IMG/VR virus record: IMGVR_UViG_3300016665_000607 | Location: 1-37,989 of that record | Source: a virus | Taxonomy: Duplodnaviria; Caudoviricetes | Length of the DNA stretch: 37,989 nucleotides | Strand: one strand, 5' to 3' | In this document: positions 27,468 to 36,400 of the stretch, piece after piece | Position numbering within the stretch: the stretch's first letter is position 1 | Layout: each line of letters starts with the position of its first letter | Position numbers and translations under genes: made by a program | Notes under the pieces: generated by a model | Told to the model about the DNA's origin: nothing | What the model saw: the letters and a program-made list of their open reading frames with translations, nothing else | Databases searched by the model: none

Positions 27468-27926
27468 TTATTCGGATATGAATTCTTGTGCTTCTGTATT
27501 TGGTAACGCTAACGACTGTGATGTTGTGCTTGGTTTCTTGTATTCCTCTATCTTATCTCTCGTGTACTTCATGAATGCATTTAACACAGGACGAATGATG
27601 CTGGAGTTAAATGCGTGTTCAAAATTGCTGGGCGCTTCAGGGAGCATGGACTCATCAAACAATCTTGGCAAATTGTTTACGCCTTCAATGTTAAATATTT
27701 CTCCATTCTTACTATGAGCTACGAGTTTGTATTCTAGTAGGACGTCAGTATCTTTTAAAGCCTTAATCAGATAAGAGATAGGATCAAATGCTTTCTCAGT
27801 TTCTGGTAATTTTTTAGCAATCTCTTGAAGCGTTACAAGCGCTTTCTCAAACTGCTCAACCACTGTGGGTTCCTGCTTTACAACTTTATCTGTTGTAGCG
27901 GTTTCTGATTCTTTCGAGTTTGGCAT
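27468..27926 (-). CDS. Hypothetical protein
   Basis: 152-aa ORF 4 nt upstream of thyA. Confidence 0.7.
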   Translation of the reverse strand: MPNSKESETATTDKVVKQEPTVVEQFEKALVTLQEIAKKLPETEKAFDPISYLIKALKDTDVLLEYKLVAHSKNGEIFNIEGVNNLPRLFDESMLPEAPSNFEHAFNSSIIRPVLNAFMKYTRDKIEEYKKPSTTSQSLALPNTEAQEFISE

Positions 27927-28122
27927 CTGTATTGTTTAAAGTATTGAGTAACTTCACGTTTGCTTCTTCCTGATTAGTAGGCACGAATTTATTATCATTG
28001 ACAGGAGCACTGTCAACAATAATAGTGTCATCTCTGTTCCATCTAATATTTCTAAATCTTGCTTTGAGAAAGCGATTAGGACGGATGTGCCGTAGAGAAT
28101 TAGCTGTATAAGAGAAAGCCAT
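27886..28122 (-). CDS. Small hypothetical protein
   Basis: 78 aa; starts 2 nt from the divergent terminase ATG, so it is uncertain. Confidence 0.4.
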   Translation of the reverse strand: MAFSYTANSLRHIRPNRFLKARFRNIRWNRDDTIIVDSAPVNDNKFVPTNQEEANVKLLNTLNNTDAKLERIRNRYNR

Positions 28123-28124
28123 AT

Positions 28125-30014
28125 ATGTACATCGATTTAAACTGGGAAGTCAAAACGAATGCGGAATTTCGGCATAAGCTTAAAGCTTTGACTGACGATA
28201 TCAAACGAATAGAAAAAGAAAATGACGGGGACCCGCACTGTAACGACAAGATCGCTAGTAGGATAATAGATATTTATAGACTTTGCAAATACAATGCAGG
28301 GTTGCTAGTGCCTTATTTCTTCCCTCAGTATCCATACGATAAACCGCTGTCCTGCACGAACAGGCCTTATTCATTTGCAATGTTCCATATGCAGATTGGT
28401 GGGTTTCTGAGTATTAGAGCAGGACGTCAGATCGGTAAGTCTACATCCTTCGGAGCCCGGCAATTAATCTACGCGCACATCATGCGTAAACGCCGGAGTA
28501 TGTACATTGTTCCGCACCAATCATTCTTGGATACATACGCAAACCGTCTCCGGGAGATGGAACGGTCATTTAGGTTTTATCAAGTACATAAAGATTACAG
28601 ACAGAATTTAAAATATAAAGAATATCCTAACGAGTCTGTGACTATGCTAGTTAAGTGTCTCACGGACACACAGGAGGCGCGTTCTAAAACGACAGATGAG
28701 GCGCTGTTTGATGAGGCGCAGCTATTGGATCCAGACTTCCTGCCTGACATTGAGCAGTGCCAAAAGGCATCCAGAATGCCGACTACAATTTATGCAGGCA
28801 CATCCACCACCACTGACTCTCTGCTAGAAACAAAATTCTTGGAGTCCAGTCAGTCTGCATGGTTGCTCCGTGCTCCTGGATATCATTCACAAAGTGCAGG
28901 GCAGGGCTGGCTTAACTGTTCAGATAAAGATGATGTGCTTAAAGCCATTCAGCCTCAGGGACTTACAAACCCAGCGACTGGCAGCGTCATCGATGTAACT
29001 GATGGGCGTTTCGTTCACCAGATCCAATCTAATTTTGAACAGGGTTATTTAGGTTTCCATATCCCGCAGATTATTATTCCAGATTACGCTAATATACCTC
29101 AGAAATGGATGGAAATTTGGAATGCATTCCAGAGCTATGACATCAAAAAATTCCTGCAGGAAATTCTCGGTATTCCAACGGAAGAAGGAATGCGGGAAAT
29201 CACAACACAGGATCTAAAGAACATTTGTGTTCTGCCTGAGACACCAGAGACTCTTAAGCAACTGGCAAGCTCTAATAGCGGAAGATACAAATATACTGTG
29301 TCAGGCTGTGACTGGGGTGGTTCTGATTACAACCCTGCTACCAAGACTAAAGTATCTTTTACTGTTCACGCGATCCTTGGTATTTGCTGGGATGGTAGTA
29401 TTGAAATTTTACATATCAGACAGTATGCCGGTATGGATTACCGCAGTATAGCCAACCAAATTTGCGAAGACCATAAAGCATACAACTGCGTAGGTATTGC
29501 TTCTGACTTTGGCGTGGGGGCTGCCTACAACATGCTGCTGCGTGAAAATCCTATCATCCGCCCTGAACGTCATTTTATCTTTGGTTATGTAGGTCCTCAA
29601 TCCGCACTCATCAAAGCACCCAGTAGTGGTCCCGGATGGTTCAATCAGTATTCCCTTAACCGTACAGAATCTATTACCAGCCTTTACCAGGCAATTAAAT
29701 CTCGCAGATTTAGATGTTATGCCTGGGAGCTAGCGCAGGAAAGACTGATTGAGCTGTTAAATCTTTACCGGGTACCTACTGAAACTGTAGGTGGTAATTC
29801 AGGGTTCAGGTATCAACGCCATGGGTCTAAAGCAGACGATACATTGCATGCAATTAACTTTGCATTCTGTCTTGCACGAATTATTCTGAATGAACCGATT
29901 ATTGAAGACCCTGCCTTGAGGCACTTATTTAACGAATCATTCCAGCTTAACACGCCTACTCAATTCTTCAATCCTCATGGAGGATTTGATTTAGGAGGCG
30001 CTATTTCTGGTTAA
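28125..30014 (+). CDS. terL: Terminase large subunit
   Basis: Walker A AGRQIGKST, Walker B LFDEAQ, coupling motif AGTS, GFHIPQI, EILGIP, nuclease GCDWGG, ASDFG, DDTLHA. Confidence 0.88.
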   Translation: MYIDLNWEVKTNAEFRHKLKALTDDIKRIEKENDGDPHCNDKIASRIIDIYRLCKYNAGLLVPYFFPQYPYDKPLSCTNRPYSFAMFHMQIGGFLSIRAGRQIGKSTSFGARQLIYAHIMRKRRSMYIVPHQSFLDTYANRLREMERSFRFYQVHKDYRQNLKYKEYPNESVTMLVKCLTDTQEARSKTTDEALFDEAQLLDPDFLPDIEQCQKASRMPTTIYAGTSTTTDSLLETKFLESSQSAWLLRAPGYHSQSAGQGWLNCSDKDDVLKAIQPQGLTNPATGSVIDVTDGRFVHQIQSNFEQGYLGFHIPQIIIPDYANIPQKWMEIWNAFQSYDIKKFLQEILGIPTEEGMREITTQDLKNICVLPETPETLKQLASSNSGRYKYTVSGCDWGGSDYNPATKTKVSFTVHAILGICWDGSIEILHIRQYAGMDYRSIANQICEDHKAYNCVGIASDFGVGAAYNMLLRENPIIRPERHFIFGYVGPQSALIKAPSSGPGWFNQYSLNRTESITSLYQAIKSRRFRCYAWELAQERLIELLNLYRVPTETVGGNSGFRYQRHGSKADDTLHAINFAFCLARIILNEPIIEDPALRHLFNESFQLNTPTQFFNPHGGFDLGGAISG

Positions 30015-30693
30015 GCCACCAGTCCAATACATAATCAGCCTTATATGGATGGTTGGGCGTATCTAATCCTTCAGTCGGTTCTGGCTTAGTAGAAATTGTA
30101 GCATCGCTTGGTATTAGATCGTTTCGTACTAAAGTTAGTTCTAAAGTAACAGGCAATCCTTCAATTACAGGTCCATAATTATTGGCATGTATATGAACAA
30201 GTTTATGCGATAATAGTAGTGCAGTTATCAACTTAACACAGCGTTCGTCGCATTCTTTAATGCGATGTACTTCTATAACTATCTGATTGAATTTTTTAAA
30301 CACATTTAAATCCGTGTTTTCAAATAATTCGTATTCAGCACCCTCCGTATCAATTTTGAGTAATAAATCATTTTTGTCTTCGTGTCCGTTTTCCTGTAAA
30401 TGTTTTACAATGTTGGCACTACTTAACGCCTCTTTTTTGAAGATAAAATTTGGGTTTTTTACAGGCGTATTTTCAATCGTATGATCATACTGAAAAATAG
30501 GAAAACTAAAGTTATTTGCTAAGTCAGTATCAAATTTAACATTAGTGCCTATGCCGTAAGAATATACAGCGCTCGTATTATCAAGAATTTTAGAAGCTAG
30601 TACATAGCTACCGTCATGTCTTCCTCCATATAGTTTCAAATTAAGAGATGAAGCACACAACGGATGCAATAATGATTTTACTGTAACGTGCAT
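30001..30693 (-). CDS. SAM-dependent methyltransferase (FkbM/Methyltransf_22-like)
   Basis: YGGRHDGSY, YSYGIG, YDHT, LKIDTEGAEY, QIVIEVH, HIHANN. Confidence 0.82.
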   Translation of the reverse strand: MHVTVKSLLHPLCASSLNLKLYGGRHDGSYVLASKILDNTSAVYSYGIGTNVKFDTDLANNFSFPIFQYDHTIENTPVKNPNFIFKKEALSSANIVKHLQENGHEDKNDLLLKIDTEGAEYELFENTDLNVFKKFNQIVIEVHRIKECDERCVKLITALLLSHKLVHIHANNYGPVIEGLPVTLELTLVRNDLIPSDATISTKPEPTEGLDTPNHPYKADYVLDWWLNQK

Positions 30694-30697
30694 ATTT

Positions 30698-31732
30698 TTA
30701 AAGATTAAATCTTTTTTCTACTTCGCTTATTAACAAATCAATGTTGTTGAAATCATTATCCATGGCTTTGCAATTGTACACACGCGAGGGATTCATTTGC
30801 TCGTAATGTTCTAGTGCCCGGTTACAAGTGAGCACGCCATCGCCGTTTTGATTCCATAATTTTCTAAATATAAAAATATTTAGATTGTCAAAAAGAACAG
30901 CAAGATGCGTCGGACCTGTATCTGTACCTACATAATAACTGGCTGCTTGCATCATTTCTACAGTGGCTACAGATGGATTGTGATAATCAAATGAGTTTAT
31001 TACTTTTTCAAATTTATAGCTCATGTCTCCTCGACCAATAGCGCCTATGCGTAATTTTTTACTTAGCATATGCGCTATGAATGTATCCCAATGTTTAAAA
31101 TTTCTTTCTGCAACTACAGAAACAGGACCCCGTCCTTTGTTTCTATTACTAAATATAAGATCTACTTCTATACCATAAGCTTTTGTTTTTGGGAAATTAA
31201 CACCAAGCCAAGAGTACATAGCCACAGGACTATTTTGAAAAAAAGGCGGTATTCCTACAGGTATTGAAAATGTGTCATCACCTGCATTGTCAAACTTATA
31301 AATTATATTTGCGTCTGGAATTTTAGATTTTATATCTTTAATAAAATTGTTTAACAAATCTTCTTTTCTTGTCCAGTGCAATGATCCGCCACCATGGAAC
31401 TCACTTACTCTAGGTCCGTCGTAGTCATATATAAAACCATCAGCACTAGGATAAAAAGCTTCGTACCCTCTATCAATACATGCTATTTTTCTTTCACAAT
31501 TAAAATAATGAAATGTTTTCATATCAAACGGCACAAACTCACCAAATTCTCTGACTGTATTAGCGAAGACGTATGTGCCCTCGTGCCTTTTTAATATGGT
31601 ATCTAGCCTTCTGTAGTATAAGTTGCTTCCATCGGGCTTTGCAAATAAATGCCCTTCCGGATAAATACTAGATATATAAGCTTTAAGATCTGCCCAGCAT
31701 TTTGGGCTTTTAGGTAATGTATCTGAGTCCAT
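30698..31732 (-). CDS. GT9 (heptosyltransferase)-like glycosyltransferase
   Basis: C-terminal YYVGTDTGPTHLA matches the GT9 D(S/T)GPxHLA motif, preceded by RNFKHW. Confidence 0.65.
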   Translation of the reverse strand: MDSDTLPKSPKCWADLKAYISSIYPEGHLFAKPDGSNLYYRRLDTILKRHEGTYVFANTVREFGEFVPFDMKTFHYFNCERKIACIDRGYEAFYPSADGFIYDYDGPRVSEFHGGGSLHWTRKEDLLNNFIKDIKSKIPDANIIYKFDNAGDDTFSIPVGIPPFFQNSPVAMYSWLGVNFPKTKAYGIEVDLIFSNRNKGRGPVSVVAERNFKHWDTFIAHMLSKKLRIGAIGRGDMSYKFEKVINSFDYHNPSVATVEMMQAASYYVGTDTGPTHLAVLFDNLNIFIFRKLWNQNGDGVLTCNRALEHYEQMNPSRVYNCKAMDNDFNNIDLLISEVEKRFNL

Positions 31733-31744
31733 GAATTGCCCTAT

Positions 31745-32374
31745 TTAATGGGTATCATTTACTGGCGTCAAATCTTCCTTTAGAATTTTTTTAATTACAC
31801 TCTCATCCACGCCAAGCATGCGCATTTGCACGAGCATATCATCGCGCATTTCCGCAACAAATCTTTCATAGTAAGGCACAACTTCAGCTTTTTCCAGCTC
31901 CTCATTATCCTCCGCTTCATTTCTAATGATCTCATCAATTAGGCGGTCGATAGGTAATGCAAAGCCCTCCGAGGCTCCCCGGTTAAGCTCAACCTCGTAA
32001 ATACCCCAAAGCATTTCTGGCATGGTCAAATCTTCTAGAGCACCATCAACTAGATCTCCTAAATCTCCAGAATACAAGGCGTTACATATACTGATGAAAG
32101 CCAGAGGATCATCGTAAAATGCCTCTGTAGACAATGCCAGCATCAGAGCATTAACTTTATTCTCATTAGACTCAGGTATGTTTACACTAAAGTCTTCTTT
32201 GATTCTCATCCATAATTCTACTGGCTCGGCTTGCTCAATTCCATGCTCTATAGAACCATAGACTTCGTCACCATAAGCCGCCAAGATAATCATGTGCAGA
32301 ACCGTAGCCGTAGTTTCAGTATCGGCCAGGAGATCCGCAGCTAATCTTTTTTCAAACGGAAATGTGTCAAGCAT
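31745..32374 (-). CDS. Acidic hypothetical protein
   Basis: 209-aa helical, Asp/Glu-rich ORF co-oriented with the 353-aa gene. Confidence 0.75.
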   Translation of the reverse strand: MLDTFPFEKRLAADLLADTETTATVLHMIILAAYGDEVYGSIEHGIEQAEPVELWMRIKEDFSVNIPESNENKVNALMLALSTEAFYDDPLAFISICNALYSGDLGDLVDGALEDLTMPEMLWGIYEVELNRGASEGFALPIDRLIDEIIRNEAEDNEELEKAEVVPYYERFVAEMRDDMLVQMRMLGVDESVIKKILKEDLTPVNDTH

Positions 32375-32380
32375 ATGGCA

Positions 32381-33442
32381 TTATGCCACCTTTAAAAGTA
32401 AACTCAACAGATGTTTCTGCTGATTACTTTCTAAGCTCGCGAGCTTAGCTGTAGTCTCTGCAGCGTTTTTAACGTTTGCTAAGATATCAATTATCTTATC
32501 TGCAGATTCTTTACGGAAAGCCATCTTAACAGCTTTATAATTATCTGCAGCGAGCTTGGTAAATTCTTGAGCCGGGACCATGATGTCTGCAAGAAAAATA
32601 TTTGTTTCAGACATATCTTTAAGGAACGCAACCTTAGCCCCGGAATAGAATGCTTCATGCGGAGATGTAACTCTCTTATGGCTGACACCATGCGCAGCAT
32701 CTAAACCCATCCAGGTATCGATTGCCTGCTCAACAGTGATTTCACCAGTAGATGCTTGCTTCAAAGCTTGTGTGTATTCTGAAGTATCAGAAACACCAGC
32801 AAGATGACGCTCGCCAATGGCATAATCTACATTATTAAAATCAACTAATCTCTCCTCACCAAAACGCCATACCTTCTCAGGGATTTCGTTACGGGGGATA
32901 TTGAGCTCGCTAGCGCGCTTAACAATATTGCGAGAAGCATGGAAGAACCAGTCAGTAGGAATATGACCATCATTCCAGTCGCGCACGGCGTCTGTAGCGG
33001 CCTTGGTTACATCTACTTCATTATTAATAGCATATGCTTTCCAAGTATCTTCTTCTTCAATCTGGAAACTTAAAGCATACTTCTCTGAAGCGAGCTCGTG
33101 GGCATCTGCTGATTTTTCAGCCTGAGGAAGTAAAGCTAAAGCAGCATCGATATCTTCTTCAATATCAAATAAAGCAGCAGCTTCTTTTACAGCCTGAAAT
33201 TCCTTAGAGTCAACCTTACCCGCACCCGCTAGGTAAACTGCACTCATGTAAGTAGCAGCTTTTGTATGAATAGGGTGCAGCCTATTTGCTTGATCGGCAA
33301 AGGCACAGTCATGTAAAGATACCAAATCTTCCTCTTGAAGGATAGACGCTTCTTTGACATAGTTAGGCAAGCTGTCGCCAGCCTTAATGCCTACTTCGTA
33401 AAGCGCGGTGGGGTTTTGGTCTTTAGTGAAGTCCATAGTCAT
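32381..33442 (-). CDS. Putative virion/head-associated protein rich in K-x-A motifs
   Basis: 353 aa; 14 K-x-A motifs by manual count; two related segments (FADQANRLHPIHTKAA / YAL...KAYAINNEVDVTKAA). Virion role is inferred. Confidence 0.6.
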   Translation of the reverse strand: MTMDFTKDQNPTALYEVGIKAGDSLPNYVKEASILQEEDLVSLHDCAFADQANRLHPIHTKAATYMSAVYLAGAGKVDSKEFQAVKEAAALFDIEEDIDAALALLPQAEKSADAHELASEKYALSFQIEEEDTWKAYAINNEVDVTKAATDAVRDWNDGHIPTDWFFHASRNIVKRASELNIPRNEIPEKVWRFGEERLVDFNNVDYAIGERHLAGVSDTSEYTQALKQASTGEITVEQAIDTWMGLDAAHGVSHKRVTSPHEAFYSGAKVAFLKDMSETNIFLADIMVPAQEFTKLAADNYKAVKMAFRKESADKIIDILANVKNAAETTAKLASLESNQQKHLLSLLLKVA

Positions 33443-33447
33443 AAGTA

Positions 33448-33476
33448 ATTATCGCCGTAAATTTAAATGAGGTCAA
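33448..33476 (-). promoter_or_regulatory. Sigma70-like promoter, near-leaderless
   Basis: Minus strand TTGACC-N17-GATAAT ending 5 nt before ATG 33442. Confidence 0.6.
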
Positions 33477-33513
33477 GTGATTCTAAATTCTTTGTCGCAC
33501 ACTGGAAAGACTG

Positions 33514-33522
33514 TGCTATACT
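33514..33522 (+). promoter_or_regulatory. Extended -10 promoter
   Basis: TGcTATACT ending 12 nt before ATG 33535. Confidence 0.5.
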
Positions 33523-33534
33523 GAAAATTGAAGT

Positions 33535-36015
33535 ATGGAATTGAGCGTTCAAATTTTGGATCAAATTGTAAACCCCATCGAGTTAATACACTTGCTGGGC
33601 GAAGAATTGCATGTTGGTCTGAATGGAGAATATACAACAAATTGTCCAAAATGCGAAAGCAAATTATTCATTTTGGATAAAGAATTCGTTTGTGAAAATA
33701 GCCTATGCACCTTTCGTGCTGGCTCGTCAGTTGACTATCTTGTAGCCAAAGGAATTTGTAAATGGGACGCAGCTATAGAAACGCTTAACAATATTCTGAG
33801 TGATAAATTAAAAAACTCAGTTGTATATAAAAATCAAAAGCTTGTTACTGGACAATTAAAAAACAAAAGAAGAGTTTTTGATTTTTTCCTTAAGAGTGCG
33901 TTAAACGGATCGCATAACAATATAAAGATAATTCAATACAGAAGTGCGCTTAGAGCTCAAGGGTTAGATCCAGATGCGCTGAAGCATTCAGTCTTTGTTC
34001 TAGACGCACAAGAAGTCGAGAGACTTAAAGAATTAATAAAGAATATAAACCCTGATAAAAATTTAAGTATTTCAGGGGCGCATATTGCCCTGCCTTATTT
34101 TGTTAACTATCACACGATTAGCCATTTGCTGGTACTGAAGACGCCAGATTCAAAACCTGAGAAGATTAATATACTTCCTTCCAGAACATCTTTCTTTTCT
34201 CTCCTCCAGAGACACCCGGCGTGCAAGAAAACAAAACTTGCTTACACATATGCAGAAGCGGCCAAATTAAATACACAGTACAGCCGGGTAAATCCTGAGA
34301 TGCTTTGTATGCATATGATGGTAGATGCTACTGCGTCAGGAGAATCATTTGTCCTACCATCTGCTACTTATATTGCCAGCGGTGACAGTCATGCCGACCT
34401 TCGTGTAGCAGGAACGATTCAACGCTACGTTCCTGAATTAAAGGTGTCTGAAAACAAAGTAGCGTTACATTCTGAATACGAACCTATACCTGCAGATGAA
34501 TTCATTCTTAAATGCGTGGTAAAGGAGTTGAAGAAGAACATACCAATCAGCAATATTCTTCCTTTGGTTGAGCTCAATCATAGAAGTCGTCAGGCTCTAC
34601 TGGAGCAGTTGCATGCTAACAGATATTTTGCTGAAGCCGATGAAGTGAGAAACTTCTTCAAGACGTTACCGGTGTTCAAGGATGACAAGATCACGCTGTT
34701 CAGCAATCCTTATGGGTATTCGTTGAAGAAACACAATAATGATATTTACACTAATAATATTAGTAACTTCACTATTGAGCTCGAGCAGAATATTGTCTTC
34801 ACTGAATCAACAGACATTTTTCATGCCGGTAATCTACTGTTCAATAATGACAAGTATCCTATCATTTTGAGGCAGGAAGAAATTGATAAAATCTCTGAGC
34901 TAGAGAAAGCAGCGCGTAGAGCTACGATGGGAGTTTCTAACGCAGAGATAAACATTCCCACTGTAATGGAGAGAAGCGGAGCCAAGTACTTAACTACCTA
35001 TCTCCGGGAGCAGGTATCTCAGCTCGGCAAGACTGAAGGCATCCCAATGCTAGGCTGGTCTCCCCGGCGATCCTCTTTCTATGCTCCTTATTTCATATCT
35101 GACCGTAAAGGATCTAGAGTAGGCAAGAAGTATTTACATCCGATAATTCCGACGTTATCCAGCTTTACAACTGATATATCAGATGTAGCCGCGCTACACC
35201 ATGACTTGCCAGAAGTGATGGTAAACATTCTGAATCAAGCAGCTGCATTCATTGTGCGTACCTTTTTGAGTATGCAAATCAGGCCTTTGGCTATTTACAA
35301 CAATTCAGAAGGGCGGCGTTTACTGTCAGAAATGTTTTCAGCTTTAGGACAGACAACACTACTGCAGTTAAACCAGAACATGCGAGGAGAAGAAATCCCA
35401 GGTCTTCGAGGATTTCCATTTTATGCTGTTGGTTATTCTTCTTCACAAATTAATAAGAGTAGTTTGTCTGCTTTCATATTGTGCGATTCAGGAACAGTAA
35501 TCAATGAAAATTTCTCTCCAGATGTCATTCACAAGGCACAGGCTACATTAAAATTTATTACAAAGAAGATTGCTGAATGGGCATTGCAGACAGAGGCAGA
35601 AAACTTCAAGCAGGAGCATAGCGTATCTCGAGCCAATGCTTACTCAAAGGAGGGAGCGCAAATCATCATCGATTCATGCGGGCTTATGTCCTGGCCTTCT
35701 AGCAAGACGCCTTTTGAGAATCTCGATACAATGCTTAGCCGTATTGGTATTGATGAAGTAAAAGATTATTTCATCCGGGATATCAACGCGCACAAAATGC
35801 AGATAAATAAAAAAGCATTTTCTAAAGTCGATGATATAGCTGGGTTAGAGCAGGAACTAAAGCTTATATCAAAGTCTGTTACTATGACAGATGAACAAAT
35901 AGACGTGGACGCTGAAAGTATGATGGAAGCATTGAATTCCTTTTACCATACGACCCCGGCATTCACAGAGCGATTTGACGGTGATAAGCTCTTAGAAAAC
36001 TTTAAGCTGTATTAA
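33535..36015 (+). CDS. Large hypothetical protein with N-terminal primase-like zinc finger
   Basis: 826 aa; CPKC...CENSLC...GSSVDY resembles a primase Zn-binding domain; no clear Toprim or Walker A motif. Confidence 0.7.
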   Translation: MELSVQILDQIVNPIELIHLLGEELHVGLNGEYTTNCPKCESKLFILDKEFVCENSLCTFRAGSSVDYLVAKGICKWDAAIETLNNILSDKLKNSVVYKNQKLVTGQLKNKRRVFDFFLKSALNGSHNNIKIIQYRSALRAQGLDPDALKHSVFVLDAQEVERLKELIKNINPDKNLSISGAHIALPYFVNYHTISHLLVLKTPDSKPEKINILPSRTSFFSLLQRHPACKKTKLAYTYAEAAKLNTQYSRVNPEMLCMHMMVDATASGESFVLPSATYIASGDSHADLRVAGTIQRYVPELKVSENKVALHSEYEPIPADEFILKCVVKELKKNIPISNILPLVELNHRSRQALLEQLHANRYFAEADEVRNFFKTLPVFKDDKITLFSNPYGYSLKKHNNDIYTNNISNFTIELEQNIVFTESTDIFHAGNLLFNNDKYPIILRQEEIDKISELEKAARRATMGVSNAEINIPTVMERSGAKYLTTYLREQVSQLGKTEGIPMLGWSPRRSSFYAPYFISDRKGSRVGKKYLHPIIPTLSSFTTDISDVAALHHDLPEVMVNILNQAAAFIVRTFLSMQIRPLAIYNNSEGRRLLSEMFSALGQTTLLQLNQNMRGEEIPGLRGFPFYAVGYSSSQINKSSLSAFILCDSGTVINENFSPDVIHKAQATLKFITKKIAEWALQTEAENFKQEHSVSRANAYSKEGAQIIIDSCGLMSWPSSKTPFENLDTMLSRIGIDEVKDYFIRDINAHKMQINKKAFSKVDDIAGLEQELKLISKSVTMTDEQIDVDAESMMEALNSFYHTTPAFTERFDGDKLLENFKLY

Positions 36016-36398
36016 CCGAATATGGCCTGAGCTCTATCTTCTGTAAGTATACCTTCAGAAACTAGAAAAGATCTAGCTTGTACCAGCAGATCGTGATCAG
36101 CATGTATTTCTGAAAACCAACCACTGAATGTTAACCTGAGTGCTGCTATATCTAAATTAGTAGACAATGCTATAAGACCTCGCTCATACATTGTAAACTC
36201 TTCAAGGAACTCTTGGGCATTCATCCAACGCTTAGCATCTGGAGGTCTATTTTCCCAGGCAGTTTCTATCTCTTCCAATGTTGGCTTTGGACCCCCATCT
36301 AGCATTGTTAAACCTTCATAGGTTTCAGGCAGACACATAAATGGTCTGTCATTTACGACCAGTTTTACTGCTTCAGTAAATTTAAAATCAGGAATCAT
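36012..36398 (-). CDS. Tail-fibre-associated hypothetical protein
   Basis: 128 aa directly downstream of the fibre gene; PKPTLEEIETAW is an XkdW-like pattern. Confidence 0.6.
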   Translation of the reverse strand: MIPDFKFTEAVKLVVNDRPFMCLPETYEGLTMLDGGPKPTLEEIETAWENRPPDAKRWMNAQEFLEEFTMYERGLIALSTNLDIAALRLTFSGWFSEIHADHDLLVQARSFLVSEGILTEDRAQAIFG

Positions 36399-36400
36399 TT

